The position numbers were made by a program, and so were the translations under genes. Below, piece by piece: positions 48,512 through 59,134 of a DNA stretch of 64,000 nucleotides. Position 1 is the stretch's first letter, and each line of letters opens with the position of its first letter. The notes beneath the pieces are model-generated. The model worked only from the letters and a program-made list of their open reading frames with translations. It was not told the origin of the DNA and did no database searches. The stretch comes from Methanobacteriota archaeon (GTDB lineage: Archaea > Thermoplasmatota > Thermoplasmata > SG8-5 > JACRNV01). The DNA is taken from positions 67,445 through 131,444 of the forward strand of contig JACRNV010000028.1 of assembly GCA_016214785.1 (NCBI GenBank), written 5' to 3'.

Positions 48512-48922
48512 CTACTGCTGCTCCTGGTCCCTCTGCTTCCTGACCCTGCCCTCGACCTTCTTCTCGAAGGTCTTGAGCTCGTCGACCATCTTCCTCTCCC
48601 CGGCCATGAGCTTCTCCTCCGCGGCGTGGGCGAGCTGGTGGGCCTTGTCCTTGAGCTTCGAGGGCTCCTCGGGCATGCTCGGCTGGCCGACGAACTTCGG
48701 GAAGTACTTCAGCAGGATGACGTCCCCGACGCTCTCGACCCATCTAAAGGGCACCGCGACTGCGGTGGAGTTCTCCACCAGGAGCGGGTTCGGGTTAGAT
48801 ACGTAGAGGCTCGTGACGACGGAGGTGTCGGCCTCGATGATGAGGTCGTCTATCGTCCCGAGGGACGTGCCCTTGTTCGTGTACACTTCCATTCCTATCA
48901 GGTCCGTGAGTTCTACCAACAT
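48512..48922 (-). CDS. PRC-barrel domain protein
   Basis: LIGMEVYTNKGTSLGTIDDLIIEADTSVVTSLYVS matches the PRC-barrel fold; charged C-terminal tail. Confidence 0.6.
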   Translation of the reverse strand: MLVELTDLIGMEVYTNKGTSLGTIDDLIIEADTSVVTSLYVSNPNPLLVENSTAVAVPFRWVESVGDVILLKYFPKFVGQPSMPEEPSKLKDKAHQLAHAAEEKLMAGERKMVDELKTFEKKVEGRVRKQRDQEQQ

Positions 48923-49089
48923 GATATCGCCCCCGTATATCGGCCGGGTGATTTAATCCTTGTCATCGGGAACGCGCCCTCGTGAATGGCCAATCCCATG
49001 GTCATTTCAAACGAGGGAGCGATTTAAAGGCAACCCCCCCTCGGCATCAGTAGGGCTTAAATCCTACCGCTGCATTGTTGCCCGTAAGC

Positions 49090-49626
49090 ATGGACATCAA
49101 GGCCTTCGCGCACACCATCGACCCGGAGACGGGGGCGCTATCCGGGCCCTTCAGGGAGACGAGGCGCACGATCGCAGACCTTAAGGGGCACTTCGCGGCG
49201 GAGGGGGCTCCAGAGACGCTAGTATACATAGTCCTGGAGCCGGTCGAGCAGCAGAACAGGGACATGACATACGCGGTCACGGTCCTCATGCCAGGGAAGG
49301 TCGGCGCCGAGTACTTCATGACCAAGGGGCACTTCCACAAGCGCAACGACGCGGGGGAGGTCTACTACTGCCTACGGGGCAACGGCCTGGTCCTCCTGCA
49401 GTCGCGCCTGGGCATCGTCGAGACGATAGAGATGCGCCCGAACGGCGTCGTCTACGTCCCGCCGGCGACGGCGCACAGGACTGTGAACACGGGCGCGGAG
49501 AGGCTCGTCTTCGTCGCCTTCTACTCCCCGGACGCGGGCCACGACTACGACAGCATAGCGAAGAGCGGCTTCGTCAAGCGCGTGGTCGAGAATGAAGGAA
49601 GGCCGGCGTTGGTGGACGCGGGATAA
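49090..49626 (+). CDS. pgiA: cupin-type glucose-6-phosphate isomerase (archaeal cPGI)
   Basis: TKGHFH metal-binding motif and YVPPATAHRTVNTG cupin motif; about 178 aa; ORF could start at 49075. Confidence 0.8.
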   Translation: MDIKAFAHTIDPETGALSGPFRETRRTIADLKGHFAAEGAPETLVYIVLEPVEQQNRDMTYAVTVLMPGKVGAEYFMTKGHFHKRNDAGEVYYCLRGNGLVLLQSRLGIVETIEMRPNGVVYVPPATAHRTVNTGAERLVFVAFYSPDAGHDYDSIAKSGFVKRVVENEGRPALVDAG

Positions 49627-49721
49627 ATCGAATTAACACAGCCCCGTAGGCATTGGGCCTTAACTTTTAGTAGGCCCATGCACATACGTGGCTACTCCAA
49701 AGGAAACCGACTGAATCGTAT

Positions 49722-49823
49722 AGCCCCGTAGTGTAGTGGCCAATCATCCCGGCCTTTGGAGGGGGGTTCTGCGGAATCCCTTGGAGAAAGCCGGGGACGG
49801 CAGTTCGAATCTGCCCGGGGCTA
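49722..49823 (+). tRNA. tRNA-Gln (anticodon UUG) with about 29-nt intron at the canonical 37/38 position
   Basis: Acceptor AGCCCCG/CGGGGCT (A1-U72 as in archaeal tRNA-Gln), T-arm GGCAG-TTCGAAT-CTGCC, anticodon stem CCGGC/GCCGG with loop CUUUGG...A split by an insert that repeats CCCTTGGAG (BHB-like). Confidence 0.65.
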
Positions 49824-49908
49824 CATCTCTTTTTCATAGAGGTCAGATTCGAACCAAAAACTATTTGAGGGCTTTCGCTCATTCGCAAGGGAGCATACGA
49901 GGGCTTGA

Positions 49909-51105
49909 ATGGCTGACGAAGGCGAAAAGAAAAAAGGAGGCTTCTTCTCGTTCGGCAGGAAGAAGGGGGGCGCCCCCGAGAAGCTGTCGCGCGCGGAGGT
50001 CAAGAAGCGCCTGGTCGAGCGACGGGCGACGCTTGACGAGCGCGAGCAGATGCTCGCCCTATTGGAGACGCAGCTCGACGGGCAGAACCGAGCCAACGAG
50101 CGCAGGGACAGCGAGCTCAACGAGAAGAGGGAGGCGCTAGACGGCCGCGCGAAGGAGCTGGACGAGCGAGCCTCGTACCTCGACGAGAAGGAGAAGGGCA
50201 TGGCCGCCGAGCGCGCGGAGTTCGCCTCCATCCAGGAGCAGTTCAAGCAGAAGGTGCAGGCTATACGGGAGCTGAAGGCCGAGGCCGAGCGCCAGTCCGC
50301 GGAGGCCAAGGCGGCGATGGACGACCTGGAGAGCCGCAAGGCGGAGATAGACGCCAAGGCCGCGGCCCTGGACGCCAGGAGCGCGGAGCTGGAATCGCTC
50401 GCGGCGGACCTGGACAGGAAGTCCGACTTGCTCGACAAGAGGAAGGCGGCCATCGAGAGCCAGGCGGGGGACTTCGACCTGAAGATGGAAGCCCTGACCA
50501 ACCGCGAGAACGGCCTCACGGAGGAGAGGACGCGCCTGGAAGCCATCCAGAGGGAGCTGGAGGAGGCTGAAAAGGCCCTAGAGGCGCGCCGCTCGGAGGT
50601 CGGCCAGATGCAGGAGCAGCTCCAGGCCAAAGCCCAGGCCATCAGGGAGATCAAGGACGAGGTCGAGCGCAGGCGCGCGGAGAACCAGGACGAGGCCAGG
50701 GACCTCGAGAAGATGAGGTCGGATCTCGACGAGCTGAAGGATCAGCTGGACGCCCGGGACAAGGGGCTCGACGAGAAGGCCGCGAAGATGATGGAGAAGG
50801 AGGGGTTCCTCGCGGAGCTGGAGGAGAAGGTCGGGCTATGGCGGAAGCGCCTGGAGTCGAAGGAGAACGAGCTGGCGGCCAGGCAGGCCGCGCTGACGAA
50901 CAGGGAGCTGGAGATCAAGAGCAAGGAGGCCGAGATGGACGGCGTCAAGCACAACCTCGCGCAGAAGGTCGAGGGCCTCAAGGACATCGAGACCAGGGTC
51001 CTCCAGAGGAAGCGCGACGTCGACAAGATAGAGCTCAAGCTTATAGAGAAGGAGACGGAGCTCTTCGACCGCGAGCAGGTCGTGACGAGAAGGGAAGGAA
51101 AATAG
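49909..51105 (+). CDS. coiled-coil protein, paralog of the 4010-6430 repeat region; N-terminal basic amphipathic segment
   Basis: 398 aa; N-terminus KKKGGFFSFGRKKGGAPEKL then continuous charged heptad repeats with the same register and composition as 4010-6430. Confidence 0.65.
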   Translation: MADEGEKKKGGFFSFGRKKGGAPEKLSRAEVKKRLVERRATLDEREQMLALLETQLDGQNRANERRDSELNEKREALDGRAKELDERASYLDEKEKGMAAERAEFASIQEQFKQKVQAIRELKAEAERQSAEAKAAMDDLESRKAEIDAKAAALDARSAELESLAADLDRKSDLLDKRKAAIESQAGDFDLKMEALTNRENGLTEERTRLEAIQRELEEAEKALEARRSEVGQMQEQLQAKAQAIREIKDEVERRRAENQDEARDLEKMRSDLDELKDQLDARDKGLDEKAAKMMEKEGFLAELEEKVGLWRKRLESKENELAARQAALTNRELEIKSKEAEMDGVKHNLAQKVEGLKDIETRVLQRKRDVDKIELKLIEKETELFDREQVVTRREGK

Positions 51106-51152
51106 CCGGACGGGACTCAAGAGATTTATGCAGGACAAATGGAGCAAAAAGC

Positions 51153-51974
51153 ATGAATAGTCCTAATTATGTTAAGCCAAACTTTCCGGCCAATGCGTTC
51201 AAAGGTACCGCCTTATACTATAGTCGGTATCGCATCCCCTATCCTGATGCCCTTATTGAAGATCTCATCAGTAGAGTTGGGATAAAAGATGGTGATAGAC
51301 TTCTGGATCTGGCATCCGGGCCAGGACGCCTTGCAATCCCGCTCTCAGCCTCCTTCTCTGAGGTTGTGGCGAATGACCTGGAGCCAGAGATGATTGATGA
51401 GGGAATGAAAGAAGCGGACAAGCAAGGAGCCACCAATATCCGATGGGTCATTGGAAAATCTGAGGAATTGAAGGAAGAACCAGTGTCATTTAAATTGATT
51501 ACGATAGGGGAAGCGTTTCATCGGCTTGATCAATTGGTTGTGTCAAGGCAAGCACTTAGGCTGCTTGTTCCGGGTGGCTGCCTGGCCGTAATTGGCTGTT
51601 ACGGAATTACTGAAGGAACGGAACCGTGGCAACGCATAGTGGCGGAAACGGTTCAGAAATGGACAGAACAGGCCTCCCCCATACGAAAGATGGAGCCAAA
51701 GCCGGGCAGCGGTCCTAAGCACAACAGGTTAGTTCTTCAGGATGCGGGATTCGTGAATATCGAAGCCTACTCTTTTACGAAAGAACACACATGGACTGTC
51801 GAATCAATCCTTGGTTACCTATTCTCGACTTCGCAATGTTCTAAGAACGCGCTGGGCGCATACAGTGAGGATTTTGCGCTTGATTTACGAAACCAGCTTC
51901 TGAATTTCGATTCTAAGGAACAATACAGAGCAAATATGGATTGTGGCTATACAATCGGAAGGAAGCCGAAATAA
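51153..51974 (+). CDS. class I SAM-dependent methyltransferase
   Basis: SAM-binding motif I LLDLASGPGRLAIPL and acidic motif II (VVANDLEPEM); lower-GC gene. Confidence 0.65.
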   Translation: MNSPNYVKPNFPANAFKGTALYYSRYRIPYPDALIEDLISRVGIKDGDRLLDLASGPGRLAIPLSASFSEVVANDLEPEMIDEGMKEADKQGATNIRWVIGKSEELKEEPVSFKLITIGEAFHRLDQLVVSRQALRLLVPGGCLAVIGCYGITEGTEPWQRIVAETVQKWTEQASPIRKMEPKPGSGPKHNRLVLQDAGFVNIEAYSFTKEHTWTVESILGYLFSTSQCSKNALGAYSEDFALDLRNQLLNFDSKEQYRANMDCGYTIGRKPK

Positions 51975-52242
51975 TCTAATTGGTTTATTGATTCGACTAC
52001 TGTAGATGAAGCTGAAACCGAATATTGCCCAGCTCTTTTAAAGAAAAGCATGGTCAAAGCATACAGGCAGCCAACGGCCGCTATAGCCTTCGCTTCGCTC
52101 TGGTGAACTACACCCCTTCAACGGACACTTAGAATGGCCATTATGTCATTGGAGGTGGTGTATAGTAAAACGTAAGATGGTTTGCACCCTTCTGGCAATA
52201 CCTTAATCTGAATGTTTTGCATCCTGGCCAGCGAGAGACTTT

Positions 52243-53556
52243 ATGGCCGAGAAGGGAGTCAGGGACTTCACATCGTACCTGCACGCCGCGGGGAACATGC
52301 TCGACTCCTTCACGCACTTCAGGGGGCAGAAGCGCGAGGCGAAGCTGCTCGTCATGGCGCTCCTCCTCTCCGGGTTCGGGGGGACGCTGAACGGCTTCAT
52401 CCTCCTCCTATACGTCACCCAGCTCGGCCTCAGCCCGGTATTCTACGGCACGCTGATGCTCATCTCCGGGATGATGACCATCGCCACGCTCTTGTTCAGC
52501 GGCTATCTAAGCGACAAGGTTGGGCGCAAGCGCGTGCTCGCGGCCGGGCTGCTCCTCTCGACCTTGGGGAGCGCCAGCTTCTTCCTCTTCACGGACTCTC
52601 AGGCCGTCTGGGGCCTGATGCTCGCAGTGGCGCTGGGCGGCATCGCGGGCGGCCTGTCCGGCCCCGCGAGCAACGCGTTCCTCTCGGAGCTGAGCACCGA
52701 GTCGGACAGAAAGTACCTCTTCAGCTTCTCGTCCTTCGTCGGAACTGTGGGCGCGGCCATAGGCACCATCCTGGGCGGGCTCATCCCGGGCATCTTCATG
52801 GGCACCTTCGGGTACGAGCTCCTCTCGAGCTACAGGATGGTATTCTTCTTCGCGGTATTCTTCCAGCTCGCGGCGCTCCTCGTCCTCGTCGCGGTCAAGA
52901 ACGGCATGGGCCGCCCGGCCGAGAGGCCCGCCGCCAAGGCCACCCCGCGCGACGTGCGCAAGCTCATCGCGATGTTCTCGATGCCGATGGCGATGATAGG
53001 GTTCGGCGCGGGCTTCGTCATCCCCTACTTCCAGGTCTTCTTCCAGCGTCAGTTCGACGCGGATATAACGTCCATCGCAGCGGCGTTCATGCTCAACAAC
53101 GCCGTGATGGCGCTCGCCCTCCTCCTCATACCCAAGGCCGCTGAGCGCATGGGGAGCGTCAAAGCGATGCTGGCCACCCAGGGCATTGCAGTGGTCATCC
53201 TCTCCATCATCCCGTTCGTCTACCCGCCTTTCTTCTGGGTCTCGGTCGGGCTCTTCGTCGCTCGGATGGTCCTCATGAACGTCTCCGGGCCGGTCCTCAC
53301 GTCGTTCATGCTCTGCGTGGTGCCGGAGGAGAACCGCGGGGCGGCGTCGAGCGCGACGATGTTCGCCTGGATGGGCGCCAACGCCGTCGGCACGTTCCTC
53401 GGCGGGCCTTCATGGGCGCTCGGCGCGAACTACCTCGTCAATTTCGCAATATGCATCGCGCTTTACATCGGCGGCCTGTCGCTGTACGCCATCTTCTTCT
53501 TCGGCATGGACGACCGTAAGCGCAGGGAGGGGTGCGCTCAGCCGCACTCGAACTGA
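52243..53556 (+). CDS. MFS transporter (12 TM)
   Basis: Two 6-TM halves; MFS motif A-like GYLSDKVGRKRVL between TM2 and TM3. Confidence 0.8.
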   Translation: MAEKGVRDFTSYLHAAGNMLDSFTHFRGQKREAKLLVMALLLSGFGGTLNGFILLLYVTQLGLSPVFYGTLMLISGMMTIATLLFSGYLSDKVGRKRVLAAGLLLSTLGSASFFLFTDSQAVWGLMLAVALGGIAGGLSGPASNAFLSELSTESDRKYLFSFSSFVGTVGAAIGTILGGLIPGIFMGTFGYELLSSYRMVFFFAVFFQLAALLVLVAVKNGMGRPAERPAAKATPRDVRKLIAMFSMPMAMIGFGAGFVIPYFQVFFQRQFDADITSIAAAFMLNNAVMALALLLIPKAAERMGSVKAMLATQGIAVVILSIIPFVYPPFFWVSVGLFVARMVLMNVSGPVLTSFMLCVVPEENRGAASSATMFAWMGANAVGTFLGGPSWALGANYLVNFAICIALYIGGLSLYAIFFFGMDDRKRREGCAQPHSN

Positions 53557-54497
53557 ATGCTCGCATGAGTGATGTCGAACCTCTTGTCAAGGACATCGTT
53601 TATCTTCGCGAGGATGCCGCCGCAGTCGCTGAGCTTGCAATCGGGGACGACGACATGCGCAGTCATCGAGTACATCTTCGACGTTATCTCCCAGACGTGG
53701 ACGTCGTGGACTTCCCTAATCTCGCTCGCGCATCCCTTGATGGCGGCGGCGACGTCAGCTACCTTGATGTGCGCGGGGGCCGACTCTAGCAGTATCCTAA
53801 TGGAGTCCCGGAATATCCCCGCAGCCCAGACGAGAATCACTGCGCATATCACGATGCTGAGTATCGGGTCGATGATGACCCATCCGGTGTAGTGGATGGC
53901 GATCGCCCCTATCACTACGGCGACAGACGAGACGGTGTCCCCGAGCATATGGACGTAGGCGCTCCTCACGTTCAGGTCGTCCCGCTCGGCGCCCATCAAT
54001 ATTCCCGCGGTTATGAGGTTCACGGCCAGCCCAGCGGCGGCGACTATCAGCATCTCGGTCTCCGCGATCGGTGCCGGGGACAATATCCTCTGGTATGCCT
54101 CGTTGAGAAGGAATATCGTGATCATAACGAGAGTAATGGCATTGATGAAAGCCGCAAGGACCTCTACCCTGTAGAGCCCGAAGCTCTTCTCCCTCGCGGT
54201 CGCCCTGCATGCCAGCCTGATGGCCGCATAGCTCAGGGCGAGGGCGAGGAAGTGCGTGAACATGTGCCCGGCGTCGCTGAGGAGCGCGAGGCTGTTGCTC
54301 AGCCAGCCGCCAATAATCTCAGCAACCATCATGGCAGCGGTCAGCCCGATGGCCAGTGCCAGCCTCCGGCGGCTCAGCGCCCTGTGCGTGCGGGCATGGT
54401 CGTGATGGCCCTCGCCGTGATCGTGCCCGTCCGGGCACCCATTTGCATGCTTTGGCGCGTGAGCGTGCTTCATCGCGGCGCGAACCATCCGCTCCAT
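53538..54497 (-). CDS. cation diffusion facilitator family transporter (CzcD/ZitB-like)
   Basis: His-rich N-terminus (GHDHGEGHHDH), CDF signature region with HxxxD pairs (SDAGHMFTH; HMLGDTVSS), C-terminal cytoplasmic domain. Confidence 0.85.
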   Translation of the reverse strand: MERMVRAAMKHAHAPKHANGCPDGHDHGEGHHDHARTHRALSRRRLALAIGLTAAMMVAEIIGGWLSNSLALLSDAGHMFTHFLALALSYAAIRLACRATAREKSFGLYRVEVLAAFINAITLVMITIFLLNEAYQRILSPAPIAETEMLIVAAAGLAVNLITAGILMGAERDDLNVRSAYVHMLGDTVSSVAVVIGAIAIHYTGWVIIDPILSIVICAVILVWAAGIFRDSIRILLESAPAHIKVADVAAAIKGCASEIREVHDVHVWEITSKMYSMTAHVVVPDCKLSDCGGILAKINDVLDKRFDITHASIQFECG

Positions 54498-54575
54498 GCG
54501 TAAAAATCTTTCCCAGGCAATTAAGAAACATAATCGAAAAAAAGTTATAGGCAGGCGGCTTCTGGCATCCCTGCC

Positions 54576-55934
54576 ATGAAGCGCAAGATCGTTGTCGTTG
54601 GAATGGGCTATGTCGGCATCCCGGCCGCGGCTCTCTTCGCCGACGTCCCGGGGTTCGACGTCACTGGCGTGCAGCGCAGATCGAAGCGCTCCGGATGGAA
54701 GATTGACTGGCTCAACAAGGGCAAGAACCCCATAGGCGGGGACGAGCCCGGCCTCTCCGAGCTCATAGCCCGCGTCGTCAGGAAGAAGTCATTCAGGGTC
54801 TCCGAGAAAATCTCGGTCGTAAAGGACGCGGAAGCCATCCTCATAGACGTCCAGACGCCGACCGAGGCCGACAGGAAGCCGCGCTACGAGTCGCTCAAGG
54901 AGGTGAGCGCCGAGATCGGCAGGCACCTCCGCAAGGGGACGCTTGTAGTAATCGAGTCAACGGTCGCGCCGGGCACGACCGAGTACATCGTCAGGCCCAT
55001 TCTTGAGAGAGCCTCCAAGATGAAGGCCGGCAGGGACTTCTTCCTCGCGTTCTCCTACGAGCGCGTGATGGTCGGGCGCCTCATCAACAACATCGTCAAC
55101 CTGCCGAGGATAGTTGGCGGCATAAATGCAGAGAGCACGAGGCGCGCCGTCGAGCTCTACCGCCACGTCGTCAAGTCCTCGCTCCATCCTACCGACGCGC
55201 TGACCGCCGAGGTCGCCAAGGTCGTCGAGAACACGTACAGGGACGTGAACATCGCCTTCGCGAACGAGGTCGCGCTGATATGCGAGAGCCTCGGCGTGAA
55301 CGTCTACGACGTGCGCGAGTTCGTCAACACGCTCCCGAACGACCCGAGGAACCCGGTGTCCAACCCGGTCAGGAACATGCACTTCCCCGGCGCTGGCGTG
55401 GGCGGCCACTGCCTCCCCAAGGACCCGTGGCTGCTGAAGTACGGCGTGGACACCTACGGCAAGTTCAAGGTCGAGCCCGAGATAATCATCGGCAGCAGGC
55501 TCCTGAACGACATGATGCCGTCTCACGTCGCCGACCTGCTGGAAGCGGCCCTGAAAGAGCATGGCAGGGAGCTCATCAGCGCGAAGATAGCGATACTGGG
55601 CGTGGCCTTCCTGGAGAACTCCGACGACACGCGCAACACGCCTTCGGCCACGCTGTACGAGGAGCTGAAAAGGCGCGGGGCCAAGCCGGTGATGCACGAC
55701 CCGATAGTGCGCGAGTACGAGCTGCCGTTCACAAAGGACCTGGAAGGGACGCTGCGCGGCGCGGACGCTGTTATACTCTCGACCAAGCACAAGGAGTACC
55801 TCAAGCTAGACCTGAGGAAGCTGGCCAAGAAGCTCAGGACGCCAATCCTCATCGACGGCAGGAACGCCTTTAGCGCTGAGAAGGCGAAGAAGGCCGGGCT
55901 TACATACAGGGGCATAGGGAAGGGAAGGCGTTGA
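54576..55934 (+). CDS. nucleotide-sugar dehydrogenase (UDP-N-acetyl-D-mannosamine / UDP-glucose 6-dehydrogenase family)
   Basis: N-terminal Rossmann GMGYVGIP, catalytic Cys region GAGVGGHCLPKDP, UDP-binding C-terminal domain. Confidence 0.85.
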   Translation: MKRKIVVVGMGYVGIPAAALFADVPGFDVTGVQRRSKRSGWKIDWLNKGKNPIGGDEPGLSELIARVVRKKSFRVSEKISVVKDAEAILIDVQTPTEADRKPRYESLKEVSAEIGRHLRKGTLVVIESTVAPGTTEYIVRPILERASKMKAGRDFFLAFSYERVMVGRLINNIVNLPRIVGGINAESTRRAVELYRHVVKSSLHPTDALTAEVAKVVENTYRDVNIAFANEVALICESLGVNVYDVREFVNTLPNDPRNPVSNPVRNMHFPGAGVGGHCLPKDPWLLKYGVDTYGKFKVEPEIIIGSRLLNDMMPSHVADLLEAALKEHGRELISAKIAILGVAFLENSDDTRNTPSATLYEELKRRGAKPVMHDPIVREYELPFTKDLEGTLRGADAVILSTKHKEYLKLDLRKLAKKLRTPILIDGRNAFSAEKAKKAGLTYRGIGKGRR

Positions 55935-55985
55935 GTTCCCACTGGGATTCCTTGTTTTTTTGTCAGGACATTTTTCGGCAGCTCC

Positions 55986-56342
55986 CTACTTCATCACAGC
56001 GATTGCGTCGATCTCGACCAGCCCGCCCTTCGGGAGCGCCGCGACGCCGACGGTCGTGCGCGCCGGGTACGGCTCCGAGAAGAAGCTGGCGTACGTCTTG
56101 TTCATCTCGTCGAAATCATCCATGCTCTTCAGGTAGACCGTCGTCTTGGCGACGTCCTTCGTAGTCGCGCCCATCTCCCCCAGGACGGCGGCGAGGTTCT
56201 TCAGGGCCTGCCTCGTCTGCTCCGCTATCCCCCCGGCGAGCTTCCCGGTCGCGGGGTCGAGCCCGAGCTGGCCGGAGATGAAAATAATGTCCCTAAATTT
56301 GACGGCGCGCGAGTAAGGGCCGATGGCCTTTGGCGCAGGCAT
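55986..56342 (-). CDS. ridA: RidA/YjgF-family reactive-intermediate deaminase
   Basis: PAPKAIGPYSRAV...FISGQLGLDP...ARTTVGVAALPKGGLVEIDAIA is the canonical RidA pattern; 118 aa. Confidence 0.8.
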   Translation of the reverse strand: MPAPKAIGPYSRAVKFRDIIFISGQLGLDPATGKLAGGIAEQTRQALKNLAAVLGEMGATTKDVAKTTVYLKSMDDFDEMNKTYASFFSEPYPARTTVGVAALPKGGLVEIDAIAVMK

Positions 56343-56350
56343 CTCCCGCC

Positions 56351-56713
56351 TCAGAGGTACCGGTCTATGCGCTCGATGCAGGCCTGGGCGAGGTGGTCGT
56401 CGGGGTTGGCCTTCAGGACCTCGCAGAAATGGTTCCTCGCGTCCTGGATGATGTCGTCCTGCTGGGTCTTCTTTCCAATCTTGTAGAGGGAGTCCCCCTT
56501 GAATGTGAGTATGACGTTCTTCAACAGGGGGTCGTGGACAATCTCCAGCGCCGCGTTGCAGTACTGGACCGCCCTGCCGTGCCTGTGCTCGGCGCGCAGG
56601 TGCGCTATCTTCCTGAGGTACGATTCCACTTCCTTGTCCATCACCCTGTCGGTCATGCCTATCAAACTGACATATGCGCAAACCCCTAATAACCTTTTCG
56701 ACGCCTTCGCCAC
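56351..56713 (-). CDS. hypothetical helical protein (possible TPR-like)
   Basis: ORF immediately upstream of ridA on the same strand; no strong motifs; start uncertain (internal ATG at 56656). Confidence 0.35.
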   Translation of the reverse strand: MAKASKRLLGVCAYVSLIGMTDRVMDKEVESYLRKIAHLRAEHRHGRAVQYCNAALEIVHDPLLKNVILTFKGDSLYKIGKKTQQDDIIQDARNHFCEVLKANPDDHLAQACIERIDRYL

Positions 56714-57079
56714 CAGGCGGTAGGAGGCCTCGGCGGGGTCGAATCAGAGCTTGTGCTTTTAAACCACTTCCCCTGTACTGCACGGGAGAATATGGTAGGG
56801 AAAATCGGACATGTTTTCCTCCCGCTTTTGGGGGGTGAACCATGAGCGCGTTTAAGCGATTCACCCCAGCGGAGAAAGCGGAGATCATGTTGCTTGACTT
56901 AGTGTCCACTATGCGGGGTGCAGTCCAAGATGCACTCATCGCTGGATGGGAAGTTCCGGAGGCGGTACACCATGCAGAGGCGTAGAAAGAGTTTTATCAG
57001 GGAAAAGCCTCTCATGTTCTATGGAACGGCACAGTTAAAATACAAGGAAAGTAAAAGGGAAGGGTTTTCGTAGAGCTGT

Positions 57080-59134
57080 TTAGTTCACCGTTACGCTCGT
57101 CAGATAGCTGCTCGTCCCGCCATCGTCGTCCATCACTGTCAGCGTTACGGTGTAGGTTCCAGATGCATTGTAGGAGTGGGATGTCGCGTCGTCAGCCGTG
57201 AACGGGTACGTTCCCCAGGGGCTCGGGTAGGGATCCGGGCTTACTCCGTTGTTGTAATAGATGCTGGACACTGTTGGTGTGCTGTCTCCGAAGTCCCAGG
57301 TGAAGGTCAGGTCGTCGCTGCCAGGGTCAGTGGCAGTAGCCTTGAATGTCAGGGCTTTTCCGCTCGTGGTCAGAAGGCTATTCAGGTCCACAGCGTAGCT
57401 CTGATGATAGGTGGACGGGTCTTTCGGTTTGGTCACGAAGGTCGTGATCTTCGCCATCTTTCCGTCGATTATAAACCACACCGGGTTCGCACCGTGGCCG
57501 TTGGCCGATGAATCGTAGTAGAGCGTTGCAGTGTAAGGTTTGGTGAGGTCTATGTTGGCATAGAGAGTGGCTTCGTTCGGTTGGCCTGATGTTCTGGTTA
57601 CCTCTACCGAGCCTATCACAGAGTCTTCTTGCTCGATGACCAATGTCACTATGTTGCCCGGAGTGCCTGCCACCCTTAGCGTGATCTCTGCGGGGAAGTA
57701 GATGCCTTTCATCTCTGCTGTCGGCGCGACATTGTTCACTGTCACGATGCACGTGTCGGTGCCGGTGAGGCCCTCCACATCCGTTACTGTCAGCGTCACT
57801 GTGTAAACACCGTTGTCCCCATAGACATGGGTCGGCGTAGCGCCGGTTCCAGTCGCTCCGTCGCCGAAATCCCACGAATAGGTCAGCTCGTAGCCCGGAG
57901 CCGGGTGCGCATTGGTCCACTGCCAGAGGAATCTGGGCCCGCCGATTGTTGTGAACACATACAAACCGCTTTCGCTCGCCGCGGCAAAGTAATCGCCCTT
58001 GTAGTCCATTGAGACTTCCCATATACCGCCTCCAGTGGTATATGTGTACAATGGCGTGCCACTGCTCGTGTCGAACAGGTATACATTGTGGTCCCAGCAT
58101 CCGCCAACTATGTAGCGCGCATCAAGTGCCATGTCTATGGTTTCGCCATAGGTGGATAAGGTGTAGCTCCACACAAACGAAGGAGTATCTGTCCTGAGCA
58201 AGCGGAAGGCATTTACGCTTCCAAATGGATAATATTGTGCTTCTGCGATATATATTCCATCGTCTGACATTGCAATCTCGGCGACTGTTCCACTTACAGG
58301 GTATGTTCTGATTAAATTGCCATTGCGGTTATAGAGACTAACTGTATTTTGTGCTCCCTGGCCACTTGCGACATAGGAAGCGTTGTAAGACAAGGCGGTC
58401 GCATAGTGAGGATCGCCGATGGTTGACGTCCAATAAAGGGTCCCGGTAGAAACGTCATACAACCTTAGCTGCCACATCCATGAGCCGGCAACGACATAGT
58501 TTCCATCGCCTGAGAAACGCACTGACCTGACATCTGCGGGATATGAATAGGTCCACATAAGACTCCCGTTTTTATTAAACATATAAATGTCTCCGGTAGT
58601 TGTATATGGAGTTCCGGTTCCTACAGCAATATGCTCGCCGTCCCTGCTGATGTCCAATGATTCCCTTGGTGTGGTGGCAATCGGATAGGTCGTGGTATGT
58701 GTCCACAACGGCGTTGAACTGCTTGTATCGAACAATGCAACATGATTGGTATATCCCACGGCCAGATATTGTCCGCTATCAGACAGCGCCGCAGCCTCAA
58801 CCTCAGACCCGGTGTCATATGTCCATTGCGGGACTGGGGAGTTTGTCTTGAAAAGCGTCACGTTTGTGCCCCAACCAATCGCAATATATTGCCCATTGCC
58901 AGACACATCAACAATCCTTATCGGCTCAACGATTATAGGCGCATCCGGATCGTAAGACCCAGTGCCGTCGAAGTGTACGGTATCGCCTTCGTTTACAGTC
59001 TGGTCTGGACCTGCATTTGCCACGGGCGGAACTCCCAACGCATTTGCGCTCATAGGTACTAGCATGCCCAGCAGCATGACCATTGCCACAGCGCATGCAA
59101 GTCCGCTCACACTTTTTCTATTTTCTTTATTCAT
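57080..59134 (-). CDS. secreted PKD-domain / beta-propeller repeat surface protein
   Basis: Signal peptide (VAMVMLLGMLVPMSANA); two PKD-like modules (WDFGDGATGTGATPTHVYGDNGVYTVTLTVTD; WDFGDSTP...YNASGTYTVTLTVMDDDGG); multiple YVTN/PQQ-like propeller repeats (LWTHTT, LYWTSTI, LYTYTTGG). Confidence 0.7.
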   Translation of the reverse strand: MNKENRKSVSGLACAVAMVMLLGMLVPMSANALGVPPVANAGPDQTVNEGDTVHFDGTGSYDPDAPIIVEPIRIVDVSGNGQYIAIGWGTNVTLFKTNSPVPQWTYDTGSEVEAAALSDSGQYLAVGYTNHVALFDTSSSTPLWTHTTTYPIATTPRESLDISRDGEHIAVGTGTPYTTTGDIYMFNKNGSLMWTYSYPADVRSVRFSGDGNYVVAGSWMWQLRLYDVSTGTLYWTSTIGDPHYATALSYNASYVASGQGAQNTVSLYNRNGNLIRTYPVSGTVAEIAMSDDGIYIAEAQYYPFGSVNAFRLLRTDTPSFVWSYTLSTYGETIDMALDARYIVGGCWDHNVYLFDTSSGTPLYTYTTGGGIWEVSMDYKGDYFAAASESGLYVFTTIGGPRFLWQWTNAHPAPGYELTYSWDFGDGATGTGATPTHVYGDNGVYTVTLTVTDVEGLTGTDTCIVTVNNVAPTAEMKGIYFPAEITLRVAGTPGNIVTLVIEQEDSVIGSVEVTRTSGQPNEATLYANIDLTKPYTATLYYDSSANGHGANPVWFIIDGKMAKITTFVTKPKDPSTYHQSYAVDLNSLLTTSGKALTFKATATDPGSDDLTFTWDFGDSTPTVSSIYYNNGVSPDPYPSPWGTYPFTADDATSHSYNASGTYTVTLTVMDDDGGTSSYLTSVTVN

